64,000 bases of DNA from Gordius albopunctatus (lineage: Eukaryota), in the NCBI GenBank assembly GCA_964276515.1, contig OZ193909.1, forward strand, positions 8,742,001 to 8,806,000, read 5' to 3'. The position numbers and the translations under genes are program-made. Position 1 is the stretch's first letter. Each line of letters starts with the position of its first letter. Of the stretch, positions 52,272-64,000 are shown one piece after another. The notes beneath the pieces were generated by a model that saw only the letters and a list, made by a program, of their open reading frames with translations, did no database searches and was not told the origin of the DNA.

Positions 52272-53739
52272 TAGTGATTATGGGTCCGAATCTTTCGATT
52301 TTGTCTCATCTCGGTCTCGAAAGCAAAATCTCGTGCAGGGAGCGATTATCAGAATCTCGCCTCGGTCTAAAAAAATCTCGGTCTCGACTAGATTTCTCGA
52401 TTTGTCTCGACTTTAAAAAACAAAATGTTATACTAAATAGAAATTTCTCTTGATGTTATAAAATAAGTGAAAAACTAAAAATGGCAAACTATTTTATTTT
52501 TCAAAAATTTTAATACACAAACCTGATAAGGATTTAGTGCGACATGTCATTGACAATATAAAGATATGATCCAATTATTAAATTAATATAGAAAGTGCAA
52601 TATGAAAAAAACTGTAAATAAGCCTAAAGTATAGAATATAAATTTTTTTTAGTTTTGCGAATTATAACATTTATATCAAATTCACTGTGTCAAATATAAA
52701 TACACATATAACAAAAATCATTATAATGAAGAGTAAACTATGAAATTAATGTTAAAGGTCCCATTTTATATACCAAAAAATTGCCTCCCATTTCTATAAT
52801 AACTAACTTTGCCGTTAAATATTTATTTTCTAATAAAGTATATATAGTATATTTAATTAGAATTTCCATATAGAAATTTTTGTTGAATGCACCTGCCAAC
52901 CCTATTTTATAAGTTCATCTTTATTAAATGATAATTTTGAAAATAATATTTTATTCAAGTCCAATTCCCATCTTCTTCCCTCTCAATAAAAATTTGTTTC
53001 ATAGAATTTGAAAATTTCGGATTGGACTTAGATTTAAAAAACTGATTTTGGATCAGATAAAACGTTTTTCAAAGACCCCTTGGATCGTATTAAAATATTA
53101 TAATATTAAAAAGAATGAACTGATATAGTTAATTTTGTAAAATTTGAACTAAGAACTTAACTTAATACTTTATTATGTATAATTGTATGTCACACTATAA
53201 TAGAATTGTTTAAATTTATATTTAACAACCTTGATTAAATTATATACGCGCATTTAACGTAAGGTCTTAAAACTTTTATGTTCTTCCAACAATAATGCCT
53301 ATTTTATTATATTTGAAATGTTCAGATAATTTACTTGTTTTAAAAAATGATAATATTTTTGAATGTTTACCCTCTCATTTTCGTCATTATTTCAACGTTA
53401 TTATATAATATGTCAATAAAATCATTATGTTAAAATATGATTATATTATTAAACTTTATCCTTTTATTGAGCCTGAGCCAGGAAATAAAAGTTATTAATT
53501 AGCAACTTTATACCTTCGAGTCAAGTAGTGCATAACGCCTCTATTAATGCTTCCTACCTTAAGTTACTCATCTAGCTTGTGTTTTGGCGTTTGAGAAAAA
53601 AAGTGGTTCCATTATGACCAATTTATATCTTACATACTAATTTATTATAGCTAGAAAAAAAATATATATTTGGTCTATTTATTTTTAAAAGTCGAGACGA
53701 GATTTTAATAATCGCACCCGAGACGAGATCGAAACACTA
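52272..53739 (-). mobile_element. Degenerate relative of the hAT element at 8869-11474
   Basis: TAGTG...CACTA ends, TCTCG/CGAGA subterminal arrays and inverted internal similarity to about 10900-11400. No TSD match. Confidence 0.6.
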
Positions 53740-53880
53740 GATATGAGGCTCAGAAAGTCAATAGATATTCTATATTTTTAAACGTCAATACTGATTTGGG
53801 GTTTAATTCACTATTTTGTATGCCGTATTTTAGTTATATTAGCAATAAAATGTTTTTATACAAATAAAATATATTAGTTT

Positions 53881-53925
53881 AAAAAATTTGCCATCTCCGG
53901 GATTTGAACCTACATGGGCACAGGG
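53881..53925 (-). pseudogene. tRNA/SINE-like 3' fragment
   Basis: Minus strand GTAGGTTCAAATCCCGGAGATGGCAAATTTTTT contains a B-box, acceptor-like end and T run. No A-box or cloverleaf. Confidence 0.3.
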
Positions 53926-55348
53926 ATCTATATCAGTAGAGGCATGTAAATTTTTTAACAAACTATTTTAAATTCCATATAAATAGACGAGACTCAAATA
54001 AGAAAAATAATTTTTAGACAATGTCGGATTTTTGTTGGGGCGCTCTGTGCGACACAACGCAATACAAAGAGTTTCTACGGACTGAAAAAATTATTTATGC
54101 AAGTATAAACCTGTTCGTAACTTAATATTTCGGGCTAAAGATATATAGCTAGAGGAGTGTCCAAAATAAGTATTTGATTTAAATAAAAGTTTAATTCTAA
54201 GTATGTCTAATTTTGGATATATCAAAACTTACAAGAGATTTGTTAATTATAAAAGGGGTTGTCATTCTTTTGAGATGAAATCTTCAAATTTCGAGAACCT
54301 TTTAGATCATTAAGGAGTATATTAAGACAAATTTCAAGATAATACTTTATCTCAGAATCAATTCCTCATATTTTGATTATAATTTAAATAAACATACTCA
54401 CATAAGAAAAACTACAAAATGATTGTAAGCAAAAAATCAGTTTTTAGAATTTATTGAATTGCTAAGTTTTGATGTTGATATTGCAACTTTTGCTGCTTAT
54501 AGATTTTTACAAAGATAACTTATAAAAAATAAAAATTAAAGACAATTAGGTGAAGGCTTATCAACATCCAAATATTGAAGCCATTTACCTGGATAACAAT
54601 AAGTGGTAACTTGTACACCAATTAAATTAAGAATGTTAATGAAGTCAATTGTACATTGCATTTACTTTTGAGTCTCATATAACAAAGGACTAGCTTAGAG
54701 AGATGTATTGAGCACTTGGCAATCACAAGTAAATTTGTCGATCAAATGCTTTTAAATATCAATTATAGACAAAGGGTATGTCATGCAGTATAGGTCATAA
54801 ACATTGTAGTTACATATATACCTAATTGTAAATCCTTTTAAAATAAAGACCAGTAAATAGATTTAATCATGCTAGTAGTGGTATTCATTCATTTAAATTT
54901 TTGGGTACACATACTTATGCTTCATATCAAATAAATAAGTTGCTGTTAAATTATTATAAGCAGTTTACCTTTTTATAGTAATGTTAATCATATTTATTTT
55001 AAAAATTTAAATAGAAAATTTATATTTGTCTTCTATCACAGGTCATAAAAAATTCATATATAGGTTCTACACCTATAAATATAGATATTTAATATTTTTT
55101 AATCTGATTGTGTGATTAATAGATATGGGGGTGCTATTAATATCAAATAAAAAAACAAAAAGATCTAAAGAAATAATTATCATGTTCCCTTCTTATAACA
55201 AAAAATTAAGGTTTAAATTAGTTCTTAAATTTCTGACAGGCTATAATAGTAAGATATTTTCATAACCAAGAATATTTTATATTGATGGTCAAACTAGCAA
55301 AATTTTAGACAAGTTCAAACACGACAAAGTTTATTATTAATTCCATAA

Positions 55349-56005
55349 TTATTCCTAAAAAGATAATTATAAATCAATAAATACTATTAATTTTTACTAG
55401 TGGAACTTCCATTTCCCCATTTCTAATTTTTTCAATAATATCATGAGGATTAGATCCTTCAATTGTACAACCAACAGATTGAGCTGTACCTAAGACCTCT
55501 TTTAAAGTTCCTTCTAAAGATTTTGCAATTGATCTAGGTCGCATACATCTTGCAATCTCAAATATATCATCCATTGTGATATCACCATTATGCTTAACTT
55601 AATAAAAGCATTTAATAATAGCTTATTATACATACTATTCTTGACCTTTTTCCTATCTCGTGGTGGTTCTTTCAGAGCTTTAATTATCATTGAAGCTGTG
55701 GAGGGTACAACCTCAATTGCGGCTTGTCTGTTCTGTATTGTCAATTTCACAGTTATTTTCAAACCTTTCCAATCTTGAGATGCCTTAGCTATGTCATCAC
55801 CTATTTTTTTAGGCGACTATTCACCAATTATACTCATGTTACATATATTATTACTAAGCCTAATGGTCCGACCTTAGGCGCAAGTGAAGAAGTAGCCCCG
55901 ACTTCGCCTCCTACAGCCCTTAAATATACTTTTATTAAATAATATTATAGGCAAAATATATAATTTACCAACTGTAATTGCAGTGGGATCTGGCTTGGGT
56001 GGCAT
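55349..56005 (-). CDS. RPL12: 60S ribosomal protein L12 (uL11), 5 exons, 165 aa
   Basis: Exons 56005-55969, 55928-55855, 55816-55636, 55597-55398 and 55354-55349 total 498 nt. Protein [69 protein letters not shown]...[16 protein letters not shown]...VPLE. AATAAA at 55335-55330. Confidence 0.98.
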
Positions 56006-57199
56006 GGGTAAATGTTATTAACAAAACAGATGTAAATATTCGGGTAGTAATTAACGTATTAAAATAAAAAAATTAGAAAAACACCTTGATTTATTTGTGT
56101 CAAACAAATAATATAACATTATTTATTATATTATTATAATATTACTGAAGTTAACTAAATCTTAATAAATTTTTTTAAATGTACACATTATTAAGCGTTA
56201 TTTTTTAAAAACTAAGGTCTTATAAATAAACTGTCTACCAATGCGAACGTGAGATAAAAATCATTACTATAAGAGCCAAGTGAATATTTAATTAATAAAT
56301 ACGACACATATTATAAATTTGTATTAAATATAAATTTTCTATAAAGTTTACAAAACAATAAAATATAGTGTTTATAAGCTTTTTATATTTGATACAAATT
56401 TGTTAAATTTTCCACCGTGTCTTATACAAACATTACACAAAGCATTCTCCATTAAAAGCGATACACTCAATTTTTACAACAACGTCATTAAAAGAAGCAA
56501 TTTGCAGGTAATTGGGCATTTTAAATTAATTTGTCTTAAAAGTCAGGAGATAAATTATATAAATTTCATCTAATAAGTAATCGCGACTTTTTCATAAATT
56601 ATAATTTTAAGGCGATTTCAAGCAAATGATAATTTCTCTTTGTAAAGAATTTAATAAGTATTAACAGTGACGTAAGCAGGATTGCATCAAGAAGGGCTTT
56701 AAAAAATTTTGATAAAAAATACTATTAATTGTGTTAATAAGGGTAGACAGGTGTAGAGAATTGTCCAAAGGTAAGGGGGTTAGTTTTGTCAGAAATTTTA
56801 TAAATTTAATATCTCCGAAGGATCAGCATTGTATTTACATTTATAAAAGGATTAAAAGTTACATTATTTAAATTTTGTGGCCCAATTATGTTTTTGGTCT
56901 CTATTCAAAGGACGAAATTTGCAATTCTGAATATGCCAACCAGGGGCATCGCTTCTTTTAGTCTTAATTAGCCCACCAGTACAAATAATTTAAAACCTCG
57001 GAGCCAACCCGGGCTCATTGACATTAAATTATAGGCTCAAGCACGGCCCGCTTCTGATTTGCAAAGCACGGGGCAAAACTGCCCTTCCCTACTTATTTTT
57101 TATTTTTCTCCTTTTTAATGGAAATCTTTTGCCAATATAAAAATAATTATCAGACTCTAAACCCGGAGTTTAACTGTCACTAGTAGCTTTTGTAGCAGC

Positions 57200-59650
57200 A
57201 AACATTTATGTCCAATATAATTTAACCCACCCGTGCAATGTGAAAAATACACTAGGGTTACTGCGCAAATCACAACGAAGGCGGTTAAGGAAATTAGTTG
57301 TAAAATGAACGCGAATAACGTGCTGGAATGTGGGAACGTTGACGAGGAAGAGCGTTGAGGTCTTACAAAGGCTAAAAAGAAGAAAGGTACGCATGGCCTA
57401 CCGACAAGAGACGAGGTGGAACGGAACCAAAGGTCGGGAGTTAGGAGAATGATACAGACTATTCTAAAGTGGATCACCAAATTGTAGAAACGTGGTCGAT
57501 TTCGTTCTAAGCGAACGCTCACGTAGGGAAACATCGCCTCGTGTATGAAGCAATCATGGAGGCTATGGGCATGGTCTGAAGAATAAAGAAGAGGAAAACC
57601 TTAAGTATACGAGATGGCGATCGTTAACATCTATTTTCAAAAACGCGAAGATCATATCGTGACTTATAGAAGTGGGAAGCTCATACGGCAAAAAGACTTA
57701 TGGAATATCAAGGATTACAAAGTAATAACGGGAGAAGAGATCGCCAGGCAACATCATCCCCTTGCTATGGATCTTGACAGAAGAGTATTTCCCAAAAGAA
57801 GAAAGGTCTATGAACCTCGACTTCGAAACGATAGGCTAAAGGATACGCCGACGAACAATGAATACCACAAAAAGCCTCCTCATTCTTGGGTGCAAGGAAG
57901 TTGCAAAGGGACGTATACGACGATTGGAAGACGTTAACTTAGGTCATAAAGGAAACAGCGATTTGTGTACTATGATAGACCAAAGGAAAGGTATGAATAG
58001 GGAACTATGGTGGTAGGATCGATCGGTTAGGGATTTCATCGAAAGAAAGAAAAATCTATATAGACGGTGGAATAAATAAAAAAAACCGGAGGATTATGAA
58101 GAGTATAGGGAGGTAAAAAGAGCCGCGAAAAAGGCCGTTTTAATAGCGAAGAATGCCACACCGAGATGGTAATGGATCCTAAAGGGGGCGATAGGCGCAT
58201 GTAAAAATTGGCCAAGAAGAGGGAGAAGAAAAGTCGCGATGTCTGAGTTCCTAAAATAGTCGAACACGAGTAAGGTCAAACCTTGTTCAAGCCGAAGGAA
58301 GTGATGGAAAGTGGAAAGGATATTTTAAGAAACTCATGAATATTGTAAATGACTAATATTCCTTCCCGATATTGAGCCAAACATAAGTATGGTCAAGCTC
58401 TTTCAAGAGGATGAAGTTAGGACACAACTAAACAAGTTGCAAAAAGGAAAAACTTAAGCCCAGATGGAATACCTAGGGAAGCATTGCTCGGATGTCGTGA
58501 AGAAGGAGTCACCACCATGAAGAACCTCCTTAACAAGATATTGGTTCCTAATCAATGGAGAGCAAGCACGATTATACCCTTATTTAAAGGCAAAGGAGAC
58601 CCTCAGGACTGCGGCAATTACAGAGGTATCAAGCTAACTTGCCACTCTTTGAAGCTTTTGGAAAGGATCTTAGTAACAAGGCTGAAAAGCGAGGTGGAAA
58701 TATCGGCTAATCAATTCGGATTCGTGGCCGGCAAATCCACAATCGACCCAATCTTCGCCCTAAGACAAATGATGGATAAGTATGGTGAAAAGAGGACACG
58801 ATCCGTTGCTATTTAATATGGTGGTGCCTGAGAAATCAAAATATTCCTGACAAAATTGGATTACATCAAGGATATGCTATAAGTCCCTTTTTATTTAATA
58901 TAATTATAGACACGATAACGAGGGGAATTTAAAAGCCATTGCCATAGTGTATGCTATATGCCGATAATATAGTACTATGCGAGGAAACAAGGGAGATTCG
59001 AAGAAGCTGAAAAGTGGTCAAAGCGCTTAGTTGGATATGGTTTAAAGGTGAGCGTTCGAAAAACGGTATACATCGAAATGAACGGTAAAGGCTGCCCATC
59101 GCTGGATGAAATCTAAAGTACCCAAAAGTAGACAGGTTTCCATACATCGGCTCGATGCTACTTCAAGAGGGATGTTGCGCAACGGAAGTCAATGCTCGGA
59201 TCCAAAAATGATGGCTGAAATGGCGAAGTGTATCCTGTGTAATGTGCGACAAAAAAATGACAATATGGTTAAAGAGCAAAGCTTACAAACCCATCGTAAG
59301 ACCGGTTGTACTCTATGGAAGTGAAACATGGGCTCTAAACACAGCGGAAGGAAAGCTATTACAGTGGAGATTGGGGTATAGTATGCTCGACCACATGATG
59401 AATGACTTTCTCATGACAAAAATGGGTATTCAACCTATGGCGGACATGATTAAAGGCATATACTAAGAAGGGACACAAATTTAAATCGAAAAGTACTGGA
59501 CATGGAGGTACCGGGGAAGAGAGGAAGAGGACGGGGCAAGTCGACAAAGTTATGAATAGTCAATACATGGCACTCAACCGGTCTAGATGGAAGAAACTTA
59601 TTAAAACAAATTACACGACTGTGGAACCAAATAACTGATTAAGAAGATAA
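57200..59650 (+). mobile_element. Near full-length degenerate RTE-clade LINE (APE + RT)
   Basis: ITCWNVGTL, NAHVG, YFQKREDHIVTYRSG, PLFKGKGDPQDCGNYRGIKL, QFGFVAGKST, LYADNIVL, VLYGSETWAL and a GAA-type tail. Many deletions and stops. Confidence 0.88.
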
Positions 59651-62416
59651 TTAAAAACTCTGTACAAGAATAATTTTATTTAACAAAATTACCTAGTTTT
59701 GTTAATTTCCAACCTTATTAAAAAAATTAAAACTTTTGGGGTCCATAAAAATACAATTTCTATGAATAAATGGTGAGGAAAAATTAAATTTATAAAATTA
59801 AATTAAAAAAACAGCATTTCTGAAACATTAAAATACATAAATAAAAACATTATTTAAACAGCCAGGCCCAGCTTGAGCCCGTTTGGTCACCTTCAAACCT
59901 GTCCAAACATGGCTCGTAATTTTTTTTAAAAAAAAGCCCATCCATGCCTGGCACATTAATAGGCCATGCGCATGCCTGAATTTTATGATTTTAACTTTGC
60001 CGATGTCAACTATATTTGCTTTAATAAGTTTTTGTGCTTGGATAGATATGGGGGGGGGGGGAGATGTGTTAATAAACATCGCGTGTGTAGTATGTTATGT
60101 ACTCTAATATAATCCGTTTTCCAGACATAGTGGGACGAATTTTTGGTAAGGGGCAGGGGTTGACGTTAACGCGAATAAATCTAAATATAGAGGTGAAACA
60201 AAAATACTAAAATAATGGACCTATAGATGAAACTTTATTTTTCAGAAAAATTAAAAATGCCATTGCAATATAGCCTTAAAAAGTGCATTTTTTGCACCTT
60301 TAACCTCGTTTATCTAAAAAAATGGAAATTTTGGGGAAAAAACTAAAAACAGATTTTCTTCATAGATATATTATCGGGAATTGTCGGTGTTAAAAAACAA
60401 ATTTATTATCGGGAATTGTTGAGGGTGTTATAAAACAAATTATTAATCTTTTAAAATAAAAACAGATTATTATTCAGAAGGTTATTACTATTAAATCCAA
60501 ATACTGTAATAAAATTACATGAAAATATTCAACTTTCAATAAGCAGGTTACATTCATTTTATTTATTAATTTCAGTTGATACACAGATGTTTTAGATTAG
60601 AAAAAAGATATATTTTGAATTATATGGCACTTATAATTATTAAAACAAAGAAATTGTTAAAAATTTGAAAGAAAATTGTGAAAAAATTTAACACATAAAT
60701 TTTTGGGGCATTGCAGTGGCGAATTTGAAAAGTTTTTTGAATAATAACTAAATTAAATTGGTTAAAATATTATAGTTTAGTTACATCAAAGACTTTAAGA
60801 TACTTATAAAAAGCTTAAAACATAATATATATATTTAATTTTTTTGATTTAATTTTTGACAAAATGCATTGTAAAATTTCCGAATATGATTGTGAAAATT
60901 GCTATGGAAAAAATTTGTTTGAACATTTGTTTCCCGTGAAAACACCAGACCACCCACGGAAGTAGATAACTAAGCGATTATTATAATGTTCATCATTCTA
61001 TATAATATTAATACTTTTATCATTTATCATATTTGTCTAAAATTTTCTGCTAGAACTTGTCTGCCAAGGCCAGCCCAAACCCTTTAATTGCCCAATTCAC
61101 TAATGCTGTCCGAACAGCCGGGTCCAAAATGACGATTTTAAATTTCAAGAATTAATTTTGTGTTATTTTCGGAAAATTTTCATCTAATTGTACAATTTTT
61201 ATAAATAGAAAGGTGACAAAAAATAGTACTATATAAGAAATCTCATTATGGTGCTCGCCCAGGTCTATTTGAAAATCTCAATTTACAATGGTAGCCTGCC
61301 AGACCCCTTAGCCGAGTTGGCCTAGCAGCGAGCCCGACTTTTTGGTTGTTTAATTTTTATTTTTAATTAAAAAAATCTAAAAAAATATTTGCCAGCTTCC
61401 CCCCCCCTTAGAAAATCATGGCTACGCGCCTGGGGCATTGTATCTAATAAGGAATTAAACTTACTTGAAACATAATATATTTTGAGCCCGTCCGGGCCCG
61501 GCCCGTTAAAATTTTTATGATACAAAGCCCGTACCTACCCGCCCGCGGGCCAGCAAATCTTTAGTCTAAATTTTACAAAGTTACTTAAGCCTACTGCCTA
61601 TAAAGGTATAAAATAGTGTGGAGATTAGTACTTTTAAGCAGACTTGTTATGGTTGGCTTAATCAACATTTATAGTTACAAAAACCTTCGTTTTTAAGTTT
61701 TATTAATTGTAAAAATATCTTTAGTTATTCCACCAATTCCATTTTTTAAATTTACAATTCATTTATATAAACTCAGTATACTCTTTAAATATTAAATAAC
61801 CTTAATATAGTCGTTTTTTAACACGAAGTTAAAACCTCTTTTAATGATGATATATTTTATGGCGTGAGTTGCAAGTCAAAGGTAAAATAAAGTGAGAAGA
61901 CCTATGCTCATTGAATACATAATATGGATAAGGACTGAAATGGTGCAAGTTCAAGCGAACTCGCTGACTCTAGAGGTATAAGGGGCGAAAATATAAAAAT
62001 GAGCAATTGACCATAGTTTCACAAACAAGTATAGGAAAGAATTTCAGCCGCTCTTTACTCCGTTCTCACTTGTTTGAAATTGATGCTCGCCCCCCCCCCC
62101 CCAGGGTGAATCTCTAGCTACGCCATTGTTATTTAATAATGACAAAATTAATTATTAAAAGCTTTATTTTATATAAGTATGGCAGATCAAGGGCAGGGTT
62201 TGACCCATTAGTTAAAAATATGGATAAATATAGAATCAAATTGTACATGTTTTGATATTATTGCAGTATTTACATGTACATCAATAAATATTGTCAGTAA
62301 TTAAGCTAACTAATATCTGAGTGTGGTGGGCGTATGTGTAAGAGGAAAATATGGCACAATTTTACTACAAATATTAAATATAAATGCGTATTTGCTTAAA
62401 ATTAATTGTAGGTCTA

Positions 62417-63546
62417 TCATTTTTTAGCTCTGGAGTTCAAGGGATGAGGCGTTGAGGATAAACCCTAAAAATATTACCTATAAAATTAATTAATTTTAAA
62501 TTACAGGTGTCCATTCAATATTAATCATTCCTTTTTGACATGAGTCCTTCTCTATACCACTACATTTGTCTACAACTTTAATATTTTGCTTATCACAAAG
62601 TTTATCTGTCTCCCTAATGCCTGATTCAATAAAATTCTTCAATATCGACATTTCACGCATTTCAATAGAAAACTTTGATTTTTCATAATCAGCTGTATAT
62701 ATAAAATATAGCATACGTGAATAAGAATAAATGATTACTTGAAGCTATTTTACCTCGATAGTCAGTATTTTCTAAGGAAGCGGTGTGGTAACCAGTGTCT
62801 ACATTGAATGTGGGAGCATTTAGGCTAAAATATTGTTGGTGCGACGGTATGTTAATGAATGTATATGACGTATGCTTGTCATCCAAACAAGACAAATCTG
62901 TCGAATTTTTATGCCATATTACACTACAGGTGTTGTGGCCTGCACGAGTTTCTTCGTGTATACTTGGTGAAATATTGGAGGGAAAATTCGAAGCTTCACA
63001 TTCGTAAATATAAGGTCCTATAATGTTTATGTTAAGATTTTTAATGATAATTAGTCACAAACTTGAACTTAAATGTTGATATAAATTATCGCTGTTTTCC
63101 CCTGGTTTTGAAACATCGTCCTGCCTACTTTCCCAATTTTCTTTATAATCATTGTAATTATGCAAATGTAAATTTTTAGGGATTGCTTCCAATTTATTAG
63201 GCGCCACACCCAAGCCCATTTCCGATATCGCATCATCATAATTGGCAAAAGATATATTATCAAGGCAAGGTGAAACCTCTTCAATAGTCGGTAAACTAAA
63301 TACTACGTGTTTCTTAGGAATTATCATACTAGGTTTAGGCCATGATTTTTCATCAGAATCGTTATCGAATGCTAAGATGACATAAAACATGACTATTTTA
63401 ATAATTGCAACGACTTTTATTTTTTTTATTCAATGAGCTTACCCTTTAAATCATATCGGTCCTCATAGGCACTGTTATCATATTTAGAATCACAGTATAA
63501 ATTTAATTCATTATTTGCTTTATCCATAGGAATCAAATTTGGATCG
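62417..63546 (-). CDS. Unrecognised protein, last five coding exons; 5' end uncertain
   Basis: Exons 63546-63443, 63371-63063, 63017-62754, 62692-62505 and 62464-62417 join in one frame through GT-AG introns of 71, 45, 61 and 40 nt to a TGA. A further exon 63704-63658 is phase-compatible. No domain recognised. Confidence 0.75.
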
Positions 63547-64000
63547 CTATATCAATTATATCAAAACAAGGTAATTATAAATTAAAAAAGTTAAAAACTT
63601 AACAAATAATATAGTATTTAATTTTTCTAATTTAATCCGGAGTGTTCTCGAACTTACAAATAATGCCTATCATGCTTGATTATTGAATAGTGGCGGACAT
63701 AGGGCTGGCCAAACCAAGCAAAAAAGTTATTTAAGACAAAGCGGATTCAAGGCTAATATTTTGGCATTTGTTCGTAACTTATTCTCACAAAAAGAACATT
63801 TATATATAAGCCAAAGAATATGCTACCTAAAATTATATTCAAAAATAGATAATTGATGTCAGGTTAAACACTCTAAGTTTACGTACATTGCATGTGCCAC
63901 GCTTTCTTACTATTTTAAGGTAGTGTCGCGCATTAAATATGGATGCTATCAATAAAAGTTGTGAGCGATTAAAAGTCAAATCCATATATTAAGATATTTT

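Overview
AT-rich eukaryotic, almost certainly metazoan, genomic scaffold (BEL/Pao element, spliceosomal genes) made of three contigs separated by two 200-N gaps (13330-13529, 32247-32446). Four host genes were reconstructed by hand: the 5' part of an RWD-domain gene (RWDD1-like, minus, running off the window start), SF1/branch-point binding protein (plus, 11 exons, 45560-49629), RPL12 (minus, 5 exons, 55349-56005) and an unrecognised multi-exon gene (minus, about 62417-63546). Many of their introns are only 35-49 nt. Most of the rest is transposon debris: RTE-clade LINEs, a CRE-like LINE, hAT fossils and MITEs, and Helitron ends. There is also a nested stack: hAT fossil < Mag-clade Gypsy with 91-bp LTRs < BEL/Pao < a cassette of two tail-to-tail RTE-type 3' ends plus a kilobase (ACAT)n tract. 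The end of contig 1 and the start of contig 3 join base-for-base, so the middle contig (13530-32246), which duplicates about 12.5 kb, looks like a misplaced haplotig or chimera. I cannot demonstrate a new biological system from sequence alone. The best candidates are the TSD-less tail-to-tail LINE hairpin/microsatellite cassette inside an LTR, long pure (ACAT)n tracts at rearrangement junctions, a 23-nt PBS that runs past tRNA position 58, and the ultra-short intron class. All alignments were made by eye.
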